A stretch of 64,000 nucleotides of DNA from positions 1-64,000 of the IMG/VR virus record IMGVR_UViG_3300020433_000002. One strand, written 5' to 3'. A model generated the notes under the pieces. It was not told where the DNA came from. It made no database searches and saw only the letters and a program-made list of their open reading frames with translations. Source of the stretch: a virus. This document shows positions 37,593 to 47,514 of this stretch, piece by piece; position 1 is the stretch's first letter, and every line of letters begins with the position of its first letter. Both the position numbers and the translations under genes were made by a program.

Positions 37593-38221
37593 ACGTAAAA
37601 CTTGTTAGTATCACTCCTGATGCAGAACAAACAATGGCTTATATCGCCAGAGTGAGTAATCCCTCAAATCAGGATAATGAAAAATACTCAGGCTTATTAA
37701 AGTATTGTATTAAGCATAATCATTGGAGTGTATTTGAACAATCCTCGATGAGCTTGGAGATCGAGACAAGCCGAGCTATCGCTGCTCAAATTTTGAGACA
37801 TAGGAGTTTTACGTTCCAAGAGTTCTCACAGAGATATGCAGCAAGCACCGCATTAGGGGATATTCCACTACCAGAACTCAGAAGGCAGGATGAGAAGAAT
37901 CGTCAAAATTCTACAAATGACTTGGAACCCGAAAAAATCGAAAAATTCGAAAAACAGATGGAAACCCTGTTTAGTTCTGCAAAGTCACTCTATGAGCAAA
38001 TGTTGAGTCAGGGTGTTGCGAAGGAATGTGCAAGAATGGTGTTACCTCTATGTACTCCTACCAGAATCTATATGACTGGAAGTTGTCGTTCATGGGTTCA
38101 CTATATTAATCTGAGATCTGCACACGGTACTCAAAAAGAGCATATGCAGATTGCAGAGGAATGTAGAAAGATCTTTATAGAGCAATTCCCGAACGTATCA
38201 GAAGCCCTAGAATGGGTCTAA
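37589..38221 (+). CDS. thyX: Flavin-dependent thymidylate synthase
   Basis: HWSVFE, RHRSFTFQEFSQRY ThyX motif, ECARMVLP. Confidence 0.95.
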   Translation: MNVKLVSITPDAEQTMAYIARVSNPSNQDNEKYSGLLKYCIKHNHWSVFEQSSMSLEIETSRAIAAQILRHRSFTFQEFSQRYAASTALGDIPLPELRRQDEKNRQNSTNDLEPEKIEKFEKQMETLFSSAKSLYEQMLSQGVAKECARMVLPLCTPTRIYMTGSCRSWVHYINLRSAHGTQKEHMQIAEECRKIFIEQFPNVSEALEWV

Positions 38222-38243
38222 ATAAATTACCCGATAAAATATT

Positions 38244-38492
38244 ATGGCTACATACCCTGTTGTAAATACAAAAACTGGAGATAAGAGAGAAGTCACGATG
38301 AGTGTACATGACTGGGATCAGTGGTGTACCGATAATCCTGATTGGAGTAGAGATTACTCTGATCCATCAACATGTCCAAGTGCTGCAGAAGTGGGAGACT
38401 GGAGAGATAAACTACGTAAATCAAAGCCTGGCTGGAATGAAGTTTTGGAGAAAGCATCCAAATCGCCAGGTGCCCGTAATTTGAAACTATAA
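38244..38492 (+). CDS. Conserved hypothetical protein upstream of phoH
   Basis: MATYPVVNTKTG...PGWNEVL; late box at 38218. Confidence 0.75.
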   Translation: MATYPVVNTKTGDKREVTMSVHDWDQWCTDNPDWSRDYSDPSTCPSAAEVGDWRDKLRKSKPGWNEVLEKASKSPGARNLKL

Positions 38493-38493
38493 A

Positions 38494-39252
38494 ATGGCCC
38501 GTAAAAGAAAAACCTCTGGGGATCAACCTATTGGTGTGGGGATGACTGGTAAACAGATGAGGAGGAAAAAACCTCTGAATGCTGATTATTTGATTGATAT
38601 TCAACCTCTTACTGAAAATCAAAAAAGACTATTTGATTCCTATAAAGAAGGAAAACACCTCGTTGCCTATGGAGCAGCTGGGACAGGAAAAACTTTCGTT
38701 ACTCTCTTCAATGCTCTAAAGGACGTTTTAAACGATAGGACTCCTTATGAAAGAATCTATATTGTAAGATCATTAGTATCTACAAGAGAGATTGGATTTT
38801 TACCAGGTGATTATGAAGATAAATCAGACATCTATCAAGTGCCTTACAAGCACATGGTAAAGTATATGTTTGAAATGAACTCTGATGCTGATTTTGAGAT
38901 GCTTTATGGAAATCTAAAAGCACAGGATACAATTAAATTCTGGAGTACCTCGTTTTTAAGAGGAACTACACTCGATAATGCTATTGTGATTGTTGATGAA
39001 TTTCAAAACCTCAATTTCCATGAACTCGATAGTATTATTACCAGAATAGGAGAAAATAGTAAGATATGTTTCTGTGGGGATGCTAGACAATCTGATTTAC
39101 TTAAAACTAATGAAAGAAACGGTATAGTGGACTTTATGAACATCTTGCGTAAAATGAATTCTTTTGATATAATAGAATTTGGAATTGATGATATCATTCG
39201 TTCTGGACTCGTGAAGGAGTATATTATTGCTAAACTTGAGATGGGTATGTAA
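38494..39252 (+). CDS. phoH: PhoH-like ATPase
   Basis: GAAGTGKT, IGFLPG, RGTTLD, DEFQN, GDARQSD. Confidence 0.95.
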   Translation: MARKRKTSGDQPIGVGMTGKQMRRKKPLNADYLIDIQPLTENQKRLFDSYKEGKHLVAYGAAGTGKTFVTLFNALKDVLNDRTPYERIYIVRSLVSTREIGFLPGDYEDKSDIYQVPYKHMVKYMFEMNSDADFEMLYGNLKAQDTIKFWSTSFLRGTTLDNAIVIVDEFQNLNFHELDSIITRIGENSKICFCGDARQSDLLKTNERNGIVDFMNILRKMNSFDIIEFGIDDIIRSGLVKEYIIAKLEMGM

Positions 39253-39941
39253 TGTTTAAACATATTGATTTGAATCTCCCTAAACTTAGTAGGGAGACTA
39301 TTGATGGAGTTCGTTATTACTCAGTACCAGACGAAGATGAGTTACTTAGACTTGTTTCAATTACTTCCGTCACTAGCCACTTTAATAAAGAAATCTTTGT
39401 TGATTGGAGAAAGAGGGTAGGTAATGAAGAGGCAGATCGTATCACGAAAGCGGCTACAACCCGTGGAACTGATATGCACTCACTCACGGAACATTATTTA
39501 AAGAACGATCAATTACCTCAGGTTCCTCCTATTTCTGATTTTTTATTTAAAATCTCAAAGGGGGAACTCAACAAAATAGATAATATCCACACCCTTGAAG
39601 GTGCCCTATATAGTAAACAACTGGGTATTGCAGGAACCGTTGACTGTATCGCAGAATATGATGGTGAGTTAGCAATAATAGATTTTAAAACATCTAAGAA
39701 ACCAAAGCCAAGAGAATGGATAGAACATTATTTTGTCCAAGCGATGGCATACGGTTGTATGTTGTATGAACTAAAAAATATATCAGTTAAAAAATTGGTC
39801 ATTATTATGGCTTGTGAAAATGGAGAATGTGTAGTTTATGAAGAGTACAACAAAGCAAAGTACATCAAACTTCTCGACAAATATATTAGAAAGTTTGTTA
39901 GAGATAAACTGGAAATCTATGGAACCGAACAAAGAACTTGA
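39252..39941 (+). CDS. PD-(D/E)XK exonuclease
   Basis: SITSV, RGTDMH, AGTVDCI, IIDFKTS, QAMAY. Confidence 0.88.
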   Translation: MFKHIDLNLPKLSRETIDGVRYYSVPDEDELLRLVSITSVTSHFNKEIFVDWRKRVGNEEADRITKAATTRGTDMHSLTEHYLKNDQLPQVPPISDFLFKISKGELNKIDNIHTLEGALYSKQLGIAGTVDCIAEYDGELAIIDFKTSKKPKPREWIEHYFVQAMAYGCMLYELKNISVKKLVIIMACENGECVVYEEYNKAKYIKLLDKYIRKFVRDKLEIYGTEQRT

Positions 39942-40179
39942 GCAAGTAATGGAGAAGAAGTTTCTTACTCCCGCTAAATTTGCAATGGAAATTGAGTCAA
40001 TAGTATCTAAAGAAGATATGAATTACATTGATGCAATATGTTACTATTGCGAAATCAATGGACTTGAGATAGAATCAGTAACAAAGTTAGTTTCTAAACC
40101 ACTCAAAGAGAAATTGAAGTGGGATGCACAAGAACTTAATTTTATGAAAAAAACATCAAGAGCTAAATTACCACTATAA
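39919..40179 (+). CDS. g33: gp33 late transcription co-activator
   Basis: KFAMEIE...YIDAI..YC...LKEKLK.DA..LNF; start at ATG 39919. Confidence 0.85.
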   Translation: MEPNKELEQVMEKKFLTPAKFAMEIESIVSKEDMNYIDAICYYCEINGLEIESVTKLVSKPLKEKLKWDAQELNFMKKTSRAKLPL

Positions 40180-40832
40180 TGGCGACTTTAATTAGTAATA
40201 TGCCCGCAGAGGAAGTGTGGGTAAGAAAAGAATATCTTACCGACTTCGAATCAGGACATGGTGAATTTACACCAGGTGTCTGGGTATCTGCAAAATCCAT
40301 TCCTGGCCGTGCTTTTTATTTTGAGACATACTTACCAGAATATGCAGCAATATTTGATAAACTACCTATCAGTGCTTTTTTAAGTAGACCTCAAACACCT
40401 GATCCAGACATGGATCTACCTAACTTACAGTTCTGGAACTGTATGGATTATGGTGTTACGACTATATGCAAACAGTTTATAGGTTCTATGGATTATGAGT
40501 GTTATACTAGAGATTTTGGAACACAGCAAGGAAAATATGTGGTCACATTAGATAATTATCACTGTGATATTGATACTCCTGATTTTAGTACATCAGAAAC
40601 ACCCGCAGAACATAAGAGTCATAATCTTATAGAATTGAACAATGGACAGTTCGCACTGTATCCTAATAATAGATTGAGAATTTACGACAATTCCTTAACT
40701 CCTAAAAATCCTAAAATGCCTGATTTTAAAGTATCCACAAAATACTTTAGTGTTGAGAGAGGACATATGGAAAGGTATGGAGATACTAACGATTATCATT
40801 ATGGTTTAAATGAAGATTCCGAACAAAACTGA
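40179..40832 (+). CDS. Conserved hypothetical protein
   Basis: WVRKEYL...DKLPISAF...QFWNCM...AEHKS...GQFALYPNNR. Confidence 0.75.
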   Translation: MATLISNMPAEEVWVRKEYLTDFESGHGEFTPGVWVSAKSIPGRAFYFETYLPEYAAIFDKLPISAFLSRPQTPDPDMDLPNLQFWNCMDYGVTTICKQFIGSMDYECYTRDFGTQQGKYVVTLDNYHCDIDTPDFSTSETPAEHKSHNLIELNNGQFALYPNNRLRIYDNSLTPKNPKMPDFKVSTKYFSVERGHMERYGDTNDYHYGLNEDSEQN

Positions 40833-41013
40833 ACTAACACATTTACGTCTTCAAGCAATGCTCAGAGAACATAGTTTCCCTGATCTTAAATATATTGGAG
40901 AGAAAAAAAGTTGGAAATCAGGAGAAATTGAGCACTGGTATAAAATCGGTAATCATGAAGTGCCTGTTGATGCAATTGACTCTTTAGAGGCTGAAGAAGA
41001 TGAAGCAGATTGA
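40810..41013 (+). CDS. Hypothetical protein
   Basis: ORF track; overlaps neighbours. Confidence 0.65.
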   Translation: MKIPNKTELTHLRLQAMLREHSFPDLKYIGEKKSWKSGEIEHWYKIGNHEVPVDAIDSLEAEEDEAD

Positions 41014-41626
41014 AGTATTGCCTCAGACCATATATGAATTTTATGCTGATCCAAAGATTACAGCATTAGGTGTAGAATTGCTTAAAAAGGAAAAATTAAT
41101 TCATCAAGAACATTCTACAACTTATCAGATTTCGGGGATGACTGAAGATGCCCGTCTGAATCTCAGACCTGAGTATGCACCTATTATGAATTGGATACTT
41201 GCATGTTTAGATGAGGTAAAAATATCAAGAAATTTGCAGTGTGATCGTATAGATATTACTCAGTCTTGGGGTGTAGTCACCACATATAATACACACCAAC
41301 CAAGACATTTTCATACCAATTCTTATATAAGTGGTGTTCTTTACTTGACGGATTCACCTACAGGTACTACACTATATCAGAATAGTATATGGGAATTAGA
41401 AAATCACCCATTAGTAACTGTTAGGAGTATGGATGACTCTCGTGAAATTACTCATAAAGTACGTGCAAAAGCAGGTACTCTAAGTTTATTTCCCTCTAAT
41501 CTGGAACATGAGGTAAAACCAAGTAATGATTTTAATGATAGATATAGTCTAGTAGTCAATACTTTTCCAGCTGGTAGAGTGGGTCATTACAGATCCTTTA
41601 GTGGAATGGAAATTGAGATTAAATGA
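41000..41626 (+). CDS. Putative 2OG-Fe(II) oxygenase
   Basis: QSW...RHFHTNSYISGVLY...LFPSNLEHEV...RYSL..N. Confidence 0.8.
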   Translation: MKQIEVLPQTIYEFYADPKITALGVELLKKEKLIHQEHSTTYQISGMTEDARLNLRPEYAPIMNWILACLDEVKISRNLQCDRIDITQSWGVVTTYNTHQPRHFHTNSYISGVLYLTDSPTGTTLYQNSIWELENHPLVTVRSMDDSREITHKVRAKAGTLSLFPSNLEHEVKPSNDFNDRYSLVVNTFPAGRVGHYRSFSGMEIEIK

Positions 41627-42219
41627 AAGTGACACCATTTGAGACTTACCAAACATATCTTTCAATGAAAAGTCATTTTACTAACCCTAAGTATGACTTT
41701 ATAAAATATGGTGGTAAGTCAAGGGCTACAATGTCTGCCTTTAACAAAAGAAAAGACAAATACTGGTTTGAAAAAACATCCAGAAAATACTCTGACGAAG
41801 AAGTCGTAAACTTCCTATTAGCAAACTTTGTAACAACCGATAACCCACAAAACTTATGGATTGGAGAAATTATCAATTCTGGAGAAAGAAACTACGCAGA
41901 TTGGAAAAGACGCAAACAGAGTTTGACTTACTTATTCAAAGAACAAGTAGAGAAATTAATATACGAAAACAACTTAGAAGAAGTATTCGATTGCTCGAAG
42001 GGCCATCCACCATTACTAAAAAAGTATCTGGGTGGAGAAGTAAGTTTAGAAACGCTTACGATACTGGAAAAGGTTTTTTCTTTCGCAAAAAACTTTGATA
42101 AAAAACTAAAAGATCCAGTGTGGGAATCCGTCAGTTTAAAGATAAAAAAATACATTCCCTTTATAAATATTAATGTATTCCATTATAAAAACGTATTAAG
42201 AGACATTATCAATGAGTGA
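41623..42219 (+). CDS. g59: gp59 helicase loader
   Basis: YLSMKSHF..KYDFIKY...KRKDKYWFEK...SLETL; position before gene 32. Confidence 0.9.
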   Translation: MKVTPFETYQTYLSMKSHFTNPKYDFIKYGGKSRATMSAFNKRKDKYWFEKTSRKYSDEEVVNFLLANFVTTDNPQNLWIGEIINSGERNYADWKRRKQSLTYLFKEQVEKLIYENNLEEVFDCSKGHPPLLKKYLGGEVSLETLTILEKVFSFAKNFDKKLKDPVWESVSLKIKKYIPFININVFHYKNVLRDIINE

Positions 42220-42544
42220 ATTTTTCGATTCAGAAATAGTTCGTAAAGAACTAAAAGATATCAATAAACTTCAACAGGAAGTTTATGGTACATTAATGAA
42301 TTTTAATACAATGCCCGATGAGGAAAAGATGGAACACGTTGATAAACTAAGTTCTTTACTTGAAATGCAAAAGGTCATGTACACAAGGTTATCCTTGTCT
42401 GATGATCCTGCAGCTGAAGAGATGAAAAAGAATTTAGAACAATCACTTACCATTTTGGGTTTCCCAGAAGGTACTGATATACTTACATTATTCCAAGGAA
42501 TGGATAAAACCATTCAAAAAATGAAAAACCATCTTGACGATTAA
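42212..42544 (+). CDS. Conserved cyanophage hypothetical protein
   Basis: FFDSEIV...QKVMYTRLSLSDDP.A. Confidence 0.75.
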   Translation: MSEFFDSEIVRKELKDINKLQQEVYGTLMNFNTMPDEEKMEHVDKLSSLLEMQKVMYTRLSLSDDPAAEEMKKNLEQSLTILGFPEGTDILTLFQGMDKTIQKMKNHLDD

Positions 42545-42562
42545 GTCAATGTATGGTATAAT
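42534..42562 (+). promoter_or_regulatory. sigma70-like promoter of gene 32
   Basis: TTGACG-17 nt-TATAAT with extended TG. Confidence 0.8.
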
Positions 42563-42603
42563 CTAAACATCCCCCGAATCCAAATTAATCCGAGGTAATC
42601 TAA

Positions 42604-43518
42604 ATGTCATTCGCAGACTTAAAAAAACAATCCAAACTTGGCTCTTTAACTGCAAAGTTAGTTAAAGAAGTTGAGAAAATGAATAACAACGGTGCATCAG
42701 GTGATGACCGTCTTTGGAAATTAGACGTAGATAAATCAGGTAACGGCTATGCTGTTATAAGATTTCTACCTGCACCAGAAGGTGAGGATCTACCATTCGT
42801 AAAACTATACTCTCATGCCTTCCAAGGGCCTGGTGGTTGGTATATCGAAAACAGTTTGACTACTCTTGGTCAAAAAGATCCTGTTTCTGAGTACAATACC
42901 CAACTCTGGAACAATGGAACAGATGCAGGTAAAGATACTGCAAGAAAACAGAAACGTAAACTCACTTATATTAGTAACATCTATGTTGTGAAGGATCCTG
43001 CTAATCCTGAGAACGAAGGTAAAGTATTCTTATTCAAATATGGTAAGAAAATCTTTGATAAACTAACTGCAGCAATGCAACCTGAGTTTGAAGATGAGGA
43101 AGCAATTGATCCATTTGATTTCTGGCAAGGTGCTAACTTCAAATTGAAGGCTAAGAACGTTGCAGGTTATAGAAACTATGATTCTTCCGAGTTCGCAGCT
43201 CAAAGTCCACTATTAGACGATGATGAAGCGATGGAAGGATTATGGAAGAAGCAAGCATCACTTCAAGAGTTTGTAGGTGCTGATCAATTCAAATCATATG
43301 AAGATTTGAAGAAACGTCTAGGTTACGTATTAGGTAACAAGACTTCTGCACGTCCTGCATTCGATGAAGACTTAGAAGACTTAAGCGAAGGCCTAAGCAA
43401 GGCAGAACAAGTTGTTGCTGACGCAGTTTCTGCAACTCCTGCACCAGTAAGTGTTGGAGCTCCTGATGAAGAGGAAGATGATACACTATCATACTTTGCG
43501 AAACTCGCATCAGAATAA
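42604..43518 (+). CDS. g32: gp32 single-stranded DNA-binding protein
   Basis: DDRLWK...GNGYAVIRFLP, WYIEN, GKKIFDK, acidic tail. Confidence 0.95.
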   Translation: MSFADLKKQSKLGSLTAKLVKEVEKMNNNGASGDDRLWKLDVDKSGNGYAVIRFLPAPEGEDLPFVKLYSHAFQGPGGWYIENSLTTLGQKDPVSEYNTQLWNNGTDAGKDTARKQKRKLTYISNIYVVKDPANPENEGKVFLFKYGKKIFDKLTAAMQPEFEDEEAIDPFDFWQGANFKLKAKNVAGYRNYDSSEFAAQSPLLDDDEAMEGLWKKQASLQEFVGADQFKSYEDLKKRLGYVLGNKTSARPAFDEDLEDLSEGLSKAEQVVADAVSATPAPVSVGAPDEEEDDTLSYFAKLASE

Positions 43519-43525
43519 ACATAAT

Positions 43526-43551
43526 AAAAGGGGTCTTACGACCCCTTTTTT
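43526..43551. terminator. Bidirectional terminator between convergent g32 and g53
   Basis: AAAA-GGGGTC-TTAC-GACCCC-TTTTTT. Confidence 0.88.
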
Positions 43552-44209
43552 ATTGCACTGTAACTTTAGTATTTTCCGTTCGACTTAACTTATCAGTAAC
43601 ACGATTTGAAGATCTTTGTACTACCATTATATCTCTCATATCGTTGAGGAACTGATTAAGATAACGTTTTTTAAGAATATGTATAGAACTCTTCTCTATA
43701 TTTTTCTTTAGTTCATATTCAAAATTTGTAACTCCTTGTATTGTATCTACAGAAGCTGGAGTTATGTACTGATTGTAATAGAAATAAGTAACTGAAAAAT
43801 TACCATCAACTCTTTTACCTTTAGGAAGAATTAATCTTCCTTCCCCATCTATAATTTCTTTTGTTTCATAATGACGAATAGCATTTATATCTGCACCATA
43901 CTTATCTACACAGAAATTATATAATTGTTGATTAGTTAGAGGCCAATCATCTCTAACATTTAAAATTCCTGCAGTTAATAAAACAACCCAATCTAATTTA
44001 TCATCGCCATATAATTCCTCTGCAATATTATCAGGTCTAGCACCTTCTTGAATTTCATACTTGTCGAAGACAGTAAATACACCTTCTAAATCATCACGTA
44101 TTTTATTCCTTCTAAAAAGGTTCTTAACTACAATGTAACTTTGAGATGATAGACTATCAGATAAAAAATTCTGATATGCTACATCTGGTAACTCTCTAAA
44201 ATATCCCAT
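43550..44209 (-). CDS. g53: gp53 baseplate wedge protein
   Basis: YFRELP...KNLFRR...RPDNIAEELYG...WVVLL...WPL (LysM-like). Confidence 0.85.
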   Translation of the reverse strand: MGYFRELPDVAYQNFLSDSLSSQSYIVVKNLFRRNKIRDDLEGVFTVFDKYEIQEGARPDNIAEELYGDDKLDWVVLLTAGILNVRDDWPLTNQQLYNFCVDKYGADINAIRHYETKEIIDGEGRLILPKGKRVDGNFSVTYFYYNQYITPASVDTIQGVTNFEYELKKNIEKSSIHILKKRYLNQFLNDMRDIMVVQRSSNRVTDKLSRTENTKVTVQ

Positions 44210-45144
44210 TAGAATCCAACTCCGTCTGAAGTATCTTCGTATGCTTTATAATCTTCATTGTAAACTGGTGTAAGTTCTGTAAAACTTAAAGCCATAGTCA
44301 TAGAAACTGGTGCACCATCATTATATGTTGCCCAAGTTCCATCTGCAGTATAGTTAACATTACATGATTTCAATGCACATAATTTAATTCTATTCAAATA
44401 ATCTGCTGCTTTTCCAAGATATTGAATTTCAAAAACTTTTGGTGTTTTGATCATAGCAGCACCCGCACCTTCTGGAGCCATATTTCTTTTGAATGCTTTG
44501 ATTATAGTTCTTACAGTTTGTGCTTCTTTCTGAAATCTTGGTGTAAATTTAAAATTAAAACTGAAATTTCTAATAGTTGGCCCTTTGAATAATAATTCCA
44601 TATTTGGATTCAATACTTGACCTGATCCTCTTGCTAATACATCAGCAGCACTAACATTACCTCCAACAGCACTAACTGCCTGTGCTGCAAAGTAATCTTT
44701 AACTAAAGGATTATCTTTAAGTTGATTAACTAAATTCTTTATTTCATTACCAGTTCCTTCCATATTTCCACCCATCACATTTCTAGCTGCATTAACACCA
44801 CCTGCTTCCAGAAAATTCATATTGCTTTGTCCCCAGTTAGCATTGTTACTATCTTGTAGTTGTGCGGGTACTGGTAGAATAATATTACCCAGTAGATCTG
44901 CTTTTAACCCATTACTATCTCTTGTTATTTGTCCACTTCTTTTATACTTAAAAATAGTAAACTTTAAAAAATCTTGAGTATTATCTACTGTACTATATGG
45001 ATATCTTAAACCTGTAGGTAGTTTTTCTGGAGCTGCTGGTTTTGGCTTAGCAGTAATCAGAGATTCATATTCTTTTACAACATCACTCTGTTGTTTATCA
45101 GTAAGTTTCTGATCTGTTGTTGTACTTGTTGTCTCTTCGGGCAT
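44209..45144 (-). CDS. g48: gp48 baseplate tail-tube cap
   Basis: LRYP, NPNMELLFKGP..R.FSF.FK..P, LSFTEL; minus-strand TATAAATA at 45166-45173. Confidence 0.85.
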   Translation of the reverse strand: MPEETTSTTTDQKLTDKQQSDVVKEYESLITAKPKPAAPEKLPTGLRYPYSTVDNTQDFLKFTIFKYKRSGQITRDSNGLKADLLGNIILPVPAQLQDSNNANWGQSNMNFLEAGGVNAARNVMGGNMEGTGNEIKNLVNQLKDNPLVKDYFAAQAVSAVGGNVSAADVLARGSGQVLNPNMELLFKGPTIRNFSFNFKFTPRFQKEAQTVRTIIKAFKRNMAPEGAGAAMIKTPKVFEIQYLGKAADYLNRIKLCALKSCNVNYTADGTWATYNDGAPVSMTMALSFTELTPVYNEDYKAYEDTSDGVGF

Positions 45145-45160
45145 AACAATTACAGTTTTA

Positions 45161-45634
45161 TTATCTATTTATACGGATATTCTGAAAAGGTATCTCTTGT
45201 GCGTCTGGAAGTTCCTCAGCAGTGATTAAATATAGTCCACCAGCGATCTCATCCCATGTATATTGTCTCATTTCACCCCAATGAAAGTTAAGTCCTTTGA
45301 ATCCCCAACTAAACACATTTGATACTGCAACTAAAGGGTTTTGATCATATTGGATATTTGGTGTTTTGGGTCGATATACAAATGTATAATAGTTCCCTGC
45401 TGTTGGTACTTTACCACTTTCACGTAATGCATTCATTACTTCTAACATCAAATCATCTGCACTTTCAGTACCAGTCATATTATCTAAAACTTCACGCAAT
45501 CTATTTAATTTAGCATCAGTAGGTCTTTTTTCTCTTTGATTTGCAGGAACAGGTAAACCTGTATATTGGCCAGGTTTAGTAGGATTTCTAGCATCAATCT
45601 CTGCTTTTATCTCTTCATAACTTTGTTTAGACAT
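45161..45634 (-). CDS. g2: gp2-like DNA end protector
   Basis: YTFVY.PKT...YDQNPLV...GLNFH; position between g48 and g4. Confidence 0.7.
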   Translation of the reverse strand: MSKQSYEEIKAEIDARNPTKPGQYTGLPVPANQREKRPTDAKLNRLREVLDNMTGTESADDLMLEVMNALRESGKVPTAGNYYTFVYRPKTPNIQYDQNPLVAVSNVFSWGFKGLNFHWGEMRQYTWDEIAGGLYLITAEELPDAQEIPFQNIRINR

Positions 45635-46071
45635 TACTTAATACCTAATTCGTCTTCTGTTAATACTTTAAATTCCCACATTCGGTCAGCACAATACTCT
45701 CTTGCTGCTTTCCATTTTGCTTGATTTCTAGCATATTCATAAACTTCGTAGATATACCCTTTTGTTTTCTTTTTTTGAGGTTTAGGTTCTACGCATTGTT
45801 TTTTTGGTTTGACCTCAATTAAATATTTTTTAACATGACCCGTTGATTCTTTAACCTTGATATAGAAATCTGGAAAGTATCTATGAATCCTATTATCAAC
45901 TGGAGATCTGTACGGGAGGAATATCTCTTCACTTCCCCACTCCAAAATGTTTTCGTTTTTATCACAGTAAACCATGAATTTACGTTCCCACAGAGAACGG
46001 TAAATTATGTTTCGAAAGTTACCTTTGTACTTCAATGGGTTACTTGGCTGATATCTTCCTTTGTAAGACAC
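45634..46071 (-). CDS. g4: gp4 head completion protein
   Basis: YKG.Y.P.NP.KY.G, YRSLWE, HRYFPDF, IEVKP, NQAKW; GTG start. Confidence 0.92.
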   Translation of the reverse strand: MSYKGRYQPSNPLKYKGNFRNIIYRSLWERKFMVYCDKNENILEWGSEEIFLPYRSPVDNRIHRYFPDFYIKVKESTGHVKKYLIEVKPKKQCVEPKPQKKKTKGYIYEVYEYARNQAKWKAAREYCADRMWEFKVLTEDELGIK

Positions 46072-46105
46072 TAAATAGAAATATAATAATATAACTATAT
46101 TTAGA

Positions 46106-46744
46106 GTGGCTGGACTTATTTCAAAATATAAAATGGGTACTCTTACTAGGATGGATCTTAGTAAGGTCTCTTTGAATAACCAATATCAGGTACATATTGC
46201 AGGTATATCATTCGAATTAAAGAGATATCTTCAACAATATTATGATCTGCCTAATGATTATGCAAATGGTAATAAGGTTGGTATAATGTGTGCTGAAGCT
46301 ACATTACCTACCAGTTCATTTGCTACATCAGAAGTTAAAGATAATTATCAAGGAATCAATCAACAGTTTGCACATACAAGAATATATGTTGATAGTGATT
46401 TCTCATTCTACGTAGATCAAGATTATAATGTTCTTAAATTTTTTGAGGGATGGATGGATTATGTTGCAGGTGATGATAACTTTAAAGGTATCACCCGTAC
46501 TGATGATAACAATTACTATAGAAGATTAAACTATCCTATGAACAGAGATAACAAGATAGGATACAAGTCTGGATCATTAACAATTACAAAATTTGAAAAG
46601 AATCTAGATCCAAAGAAAAGTATTACTTATGAATATGTAAATGCCTTTCCAAAGTCAATGACTTCAATACCCGTGCAATATGGTGGTGCTGATCTTGTAA
46701 AGGTAAATGTTCAGTTTGCTTACGATAGATATAGAATGAAATAA
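46106..46744 (+). CDS. Tail tube/baseplate junction protein (gp54/gp19-like)
   Basis: CAEATLP, FYVD..Y.VLKFFEGWMDY, NAFPKS, V.FAY; GTG start. Confidence 0.7.
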   Translation: MAGLISKYKMGTLTRMDLSKVSLNNQYQVHIAGISFELKRYLQQYYDLPNDYANGNKVGIMCAEATLPTSSFATSEVKDNYQGINQQFAHTRIYVDSDFSFYVDQDYNVLKFFEGWMDYVAGDDNFKGITRTDDNNYYRRLNYPMNRDNKIGYKSGSLTITKFEKNLDPKKSITYEYVNAFPKSMTSIPVQYGGADLVKVNVQFAYDRYRMK

Positions 46745-46791
46745 AAAGTCGGTGAAACCCGTATATATAATATATAATGATTTGATTTATT

Positions 46792-47514
46792 ATGCCCTTA
46801 CCAAAAATTAATACCCCCGTCTATGAATTGGTATTACCTTCTAGTGGAAGAAAAGTTAAATATAGACCATTCTTAGTTAGAGAAGAAAAGATTTTAATTA
46901 TGGCCTTGGAATCTGAAAATCAAAAGCAGATTTCTGAAGCAGTTAAAACAGTAATAGGACAGTGTGTTCAAACACGAGGTATCAAGGTCGAAAAAATGGC
47001 GACGTTTGATATCGAATATCTATTTTTAAATGTTCGTGCAAAATCTGTTGGTGAATCTGTTGAGGTCAATGTAACCTGTCCTGATGATGGAGAAACACAG
47101 GTTGTAATGGAAATCGACATTGATGCTATCAAAGTTCAAAAGAATCCAGACCATAGTGATATTATTAAATTAGATGATAATTTATCAGTTAAAATGGCTT
47201 ATCCATCTATGACTCAATTTATTGAGACTAATTTTGAACTGGATACTGAGAAAGCTCAAGTAGATCAATCTCTTGAAGTTATTATGAAATGCATTGATCA
47301 AGTATATACTGCAGAGGAATCTTGGGATGCTTCTGACTGTACTAAAAAAGAATTGAAGGAATTTGTTGAGTCTATGAACTCTAAACAGTTTAAGGACATT
47401 GAAAAATTCTTTGATACAATGCCTAAACTACAACATAAAGTTGAGGTATTTAATCCAAAGACTAAAGTAAAAAGTGAAGTGATGTTGGAGGGTCTAGCAA
47501 GTTTTTTCGCTTAG
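46792..47514 (+). CDS. g26: gp26 baseplate hub assembly protein
   Basis: MPLPKI..P.YEL.LPS...YRPFLVREEK, FDIEYLFL..RAKSVGE, ends LEGLASFFA. Confidence 0.88.
   Translation: MPLPKINTPVYELVLPSSGRKVKYRPFLVREEKILIMALESENQKQISEAVKTVIGQCVQTRGIKVEKMATFDIEYLFLNVRAKSVGESVEVNVTCPDDGETQVVMEIDIDAIKVQKNPDHSDIIKLDDNLSVKMAYPSMTQFIETNFELDTEKAQVDQSLEVIMKCIDQVYTAEESWDASDCTKKELKEFVESMNSKQFKDIEKFFDTMPKLQHKVEVFNPKTKVKSEVMLEGLASFFA

Noticed and set aside
122-38221. Introns or inteins in psbD, gcvP, thyX
   Set aside because: Reading frames are continuous and of normal or slightly short length.
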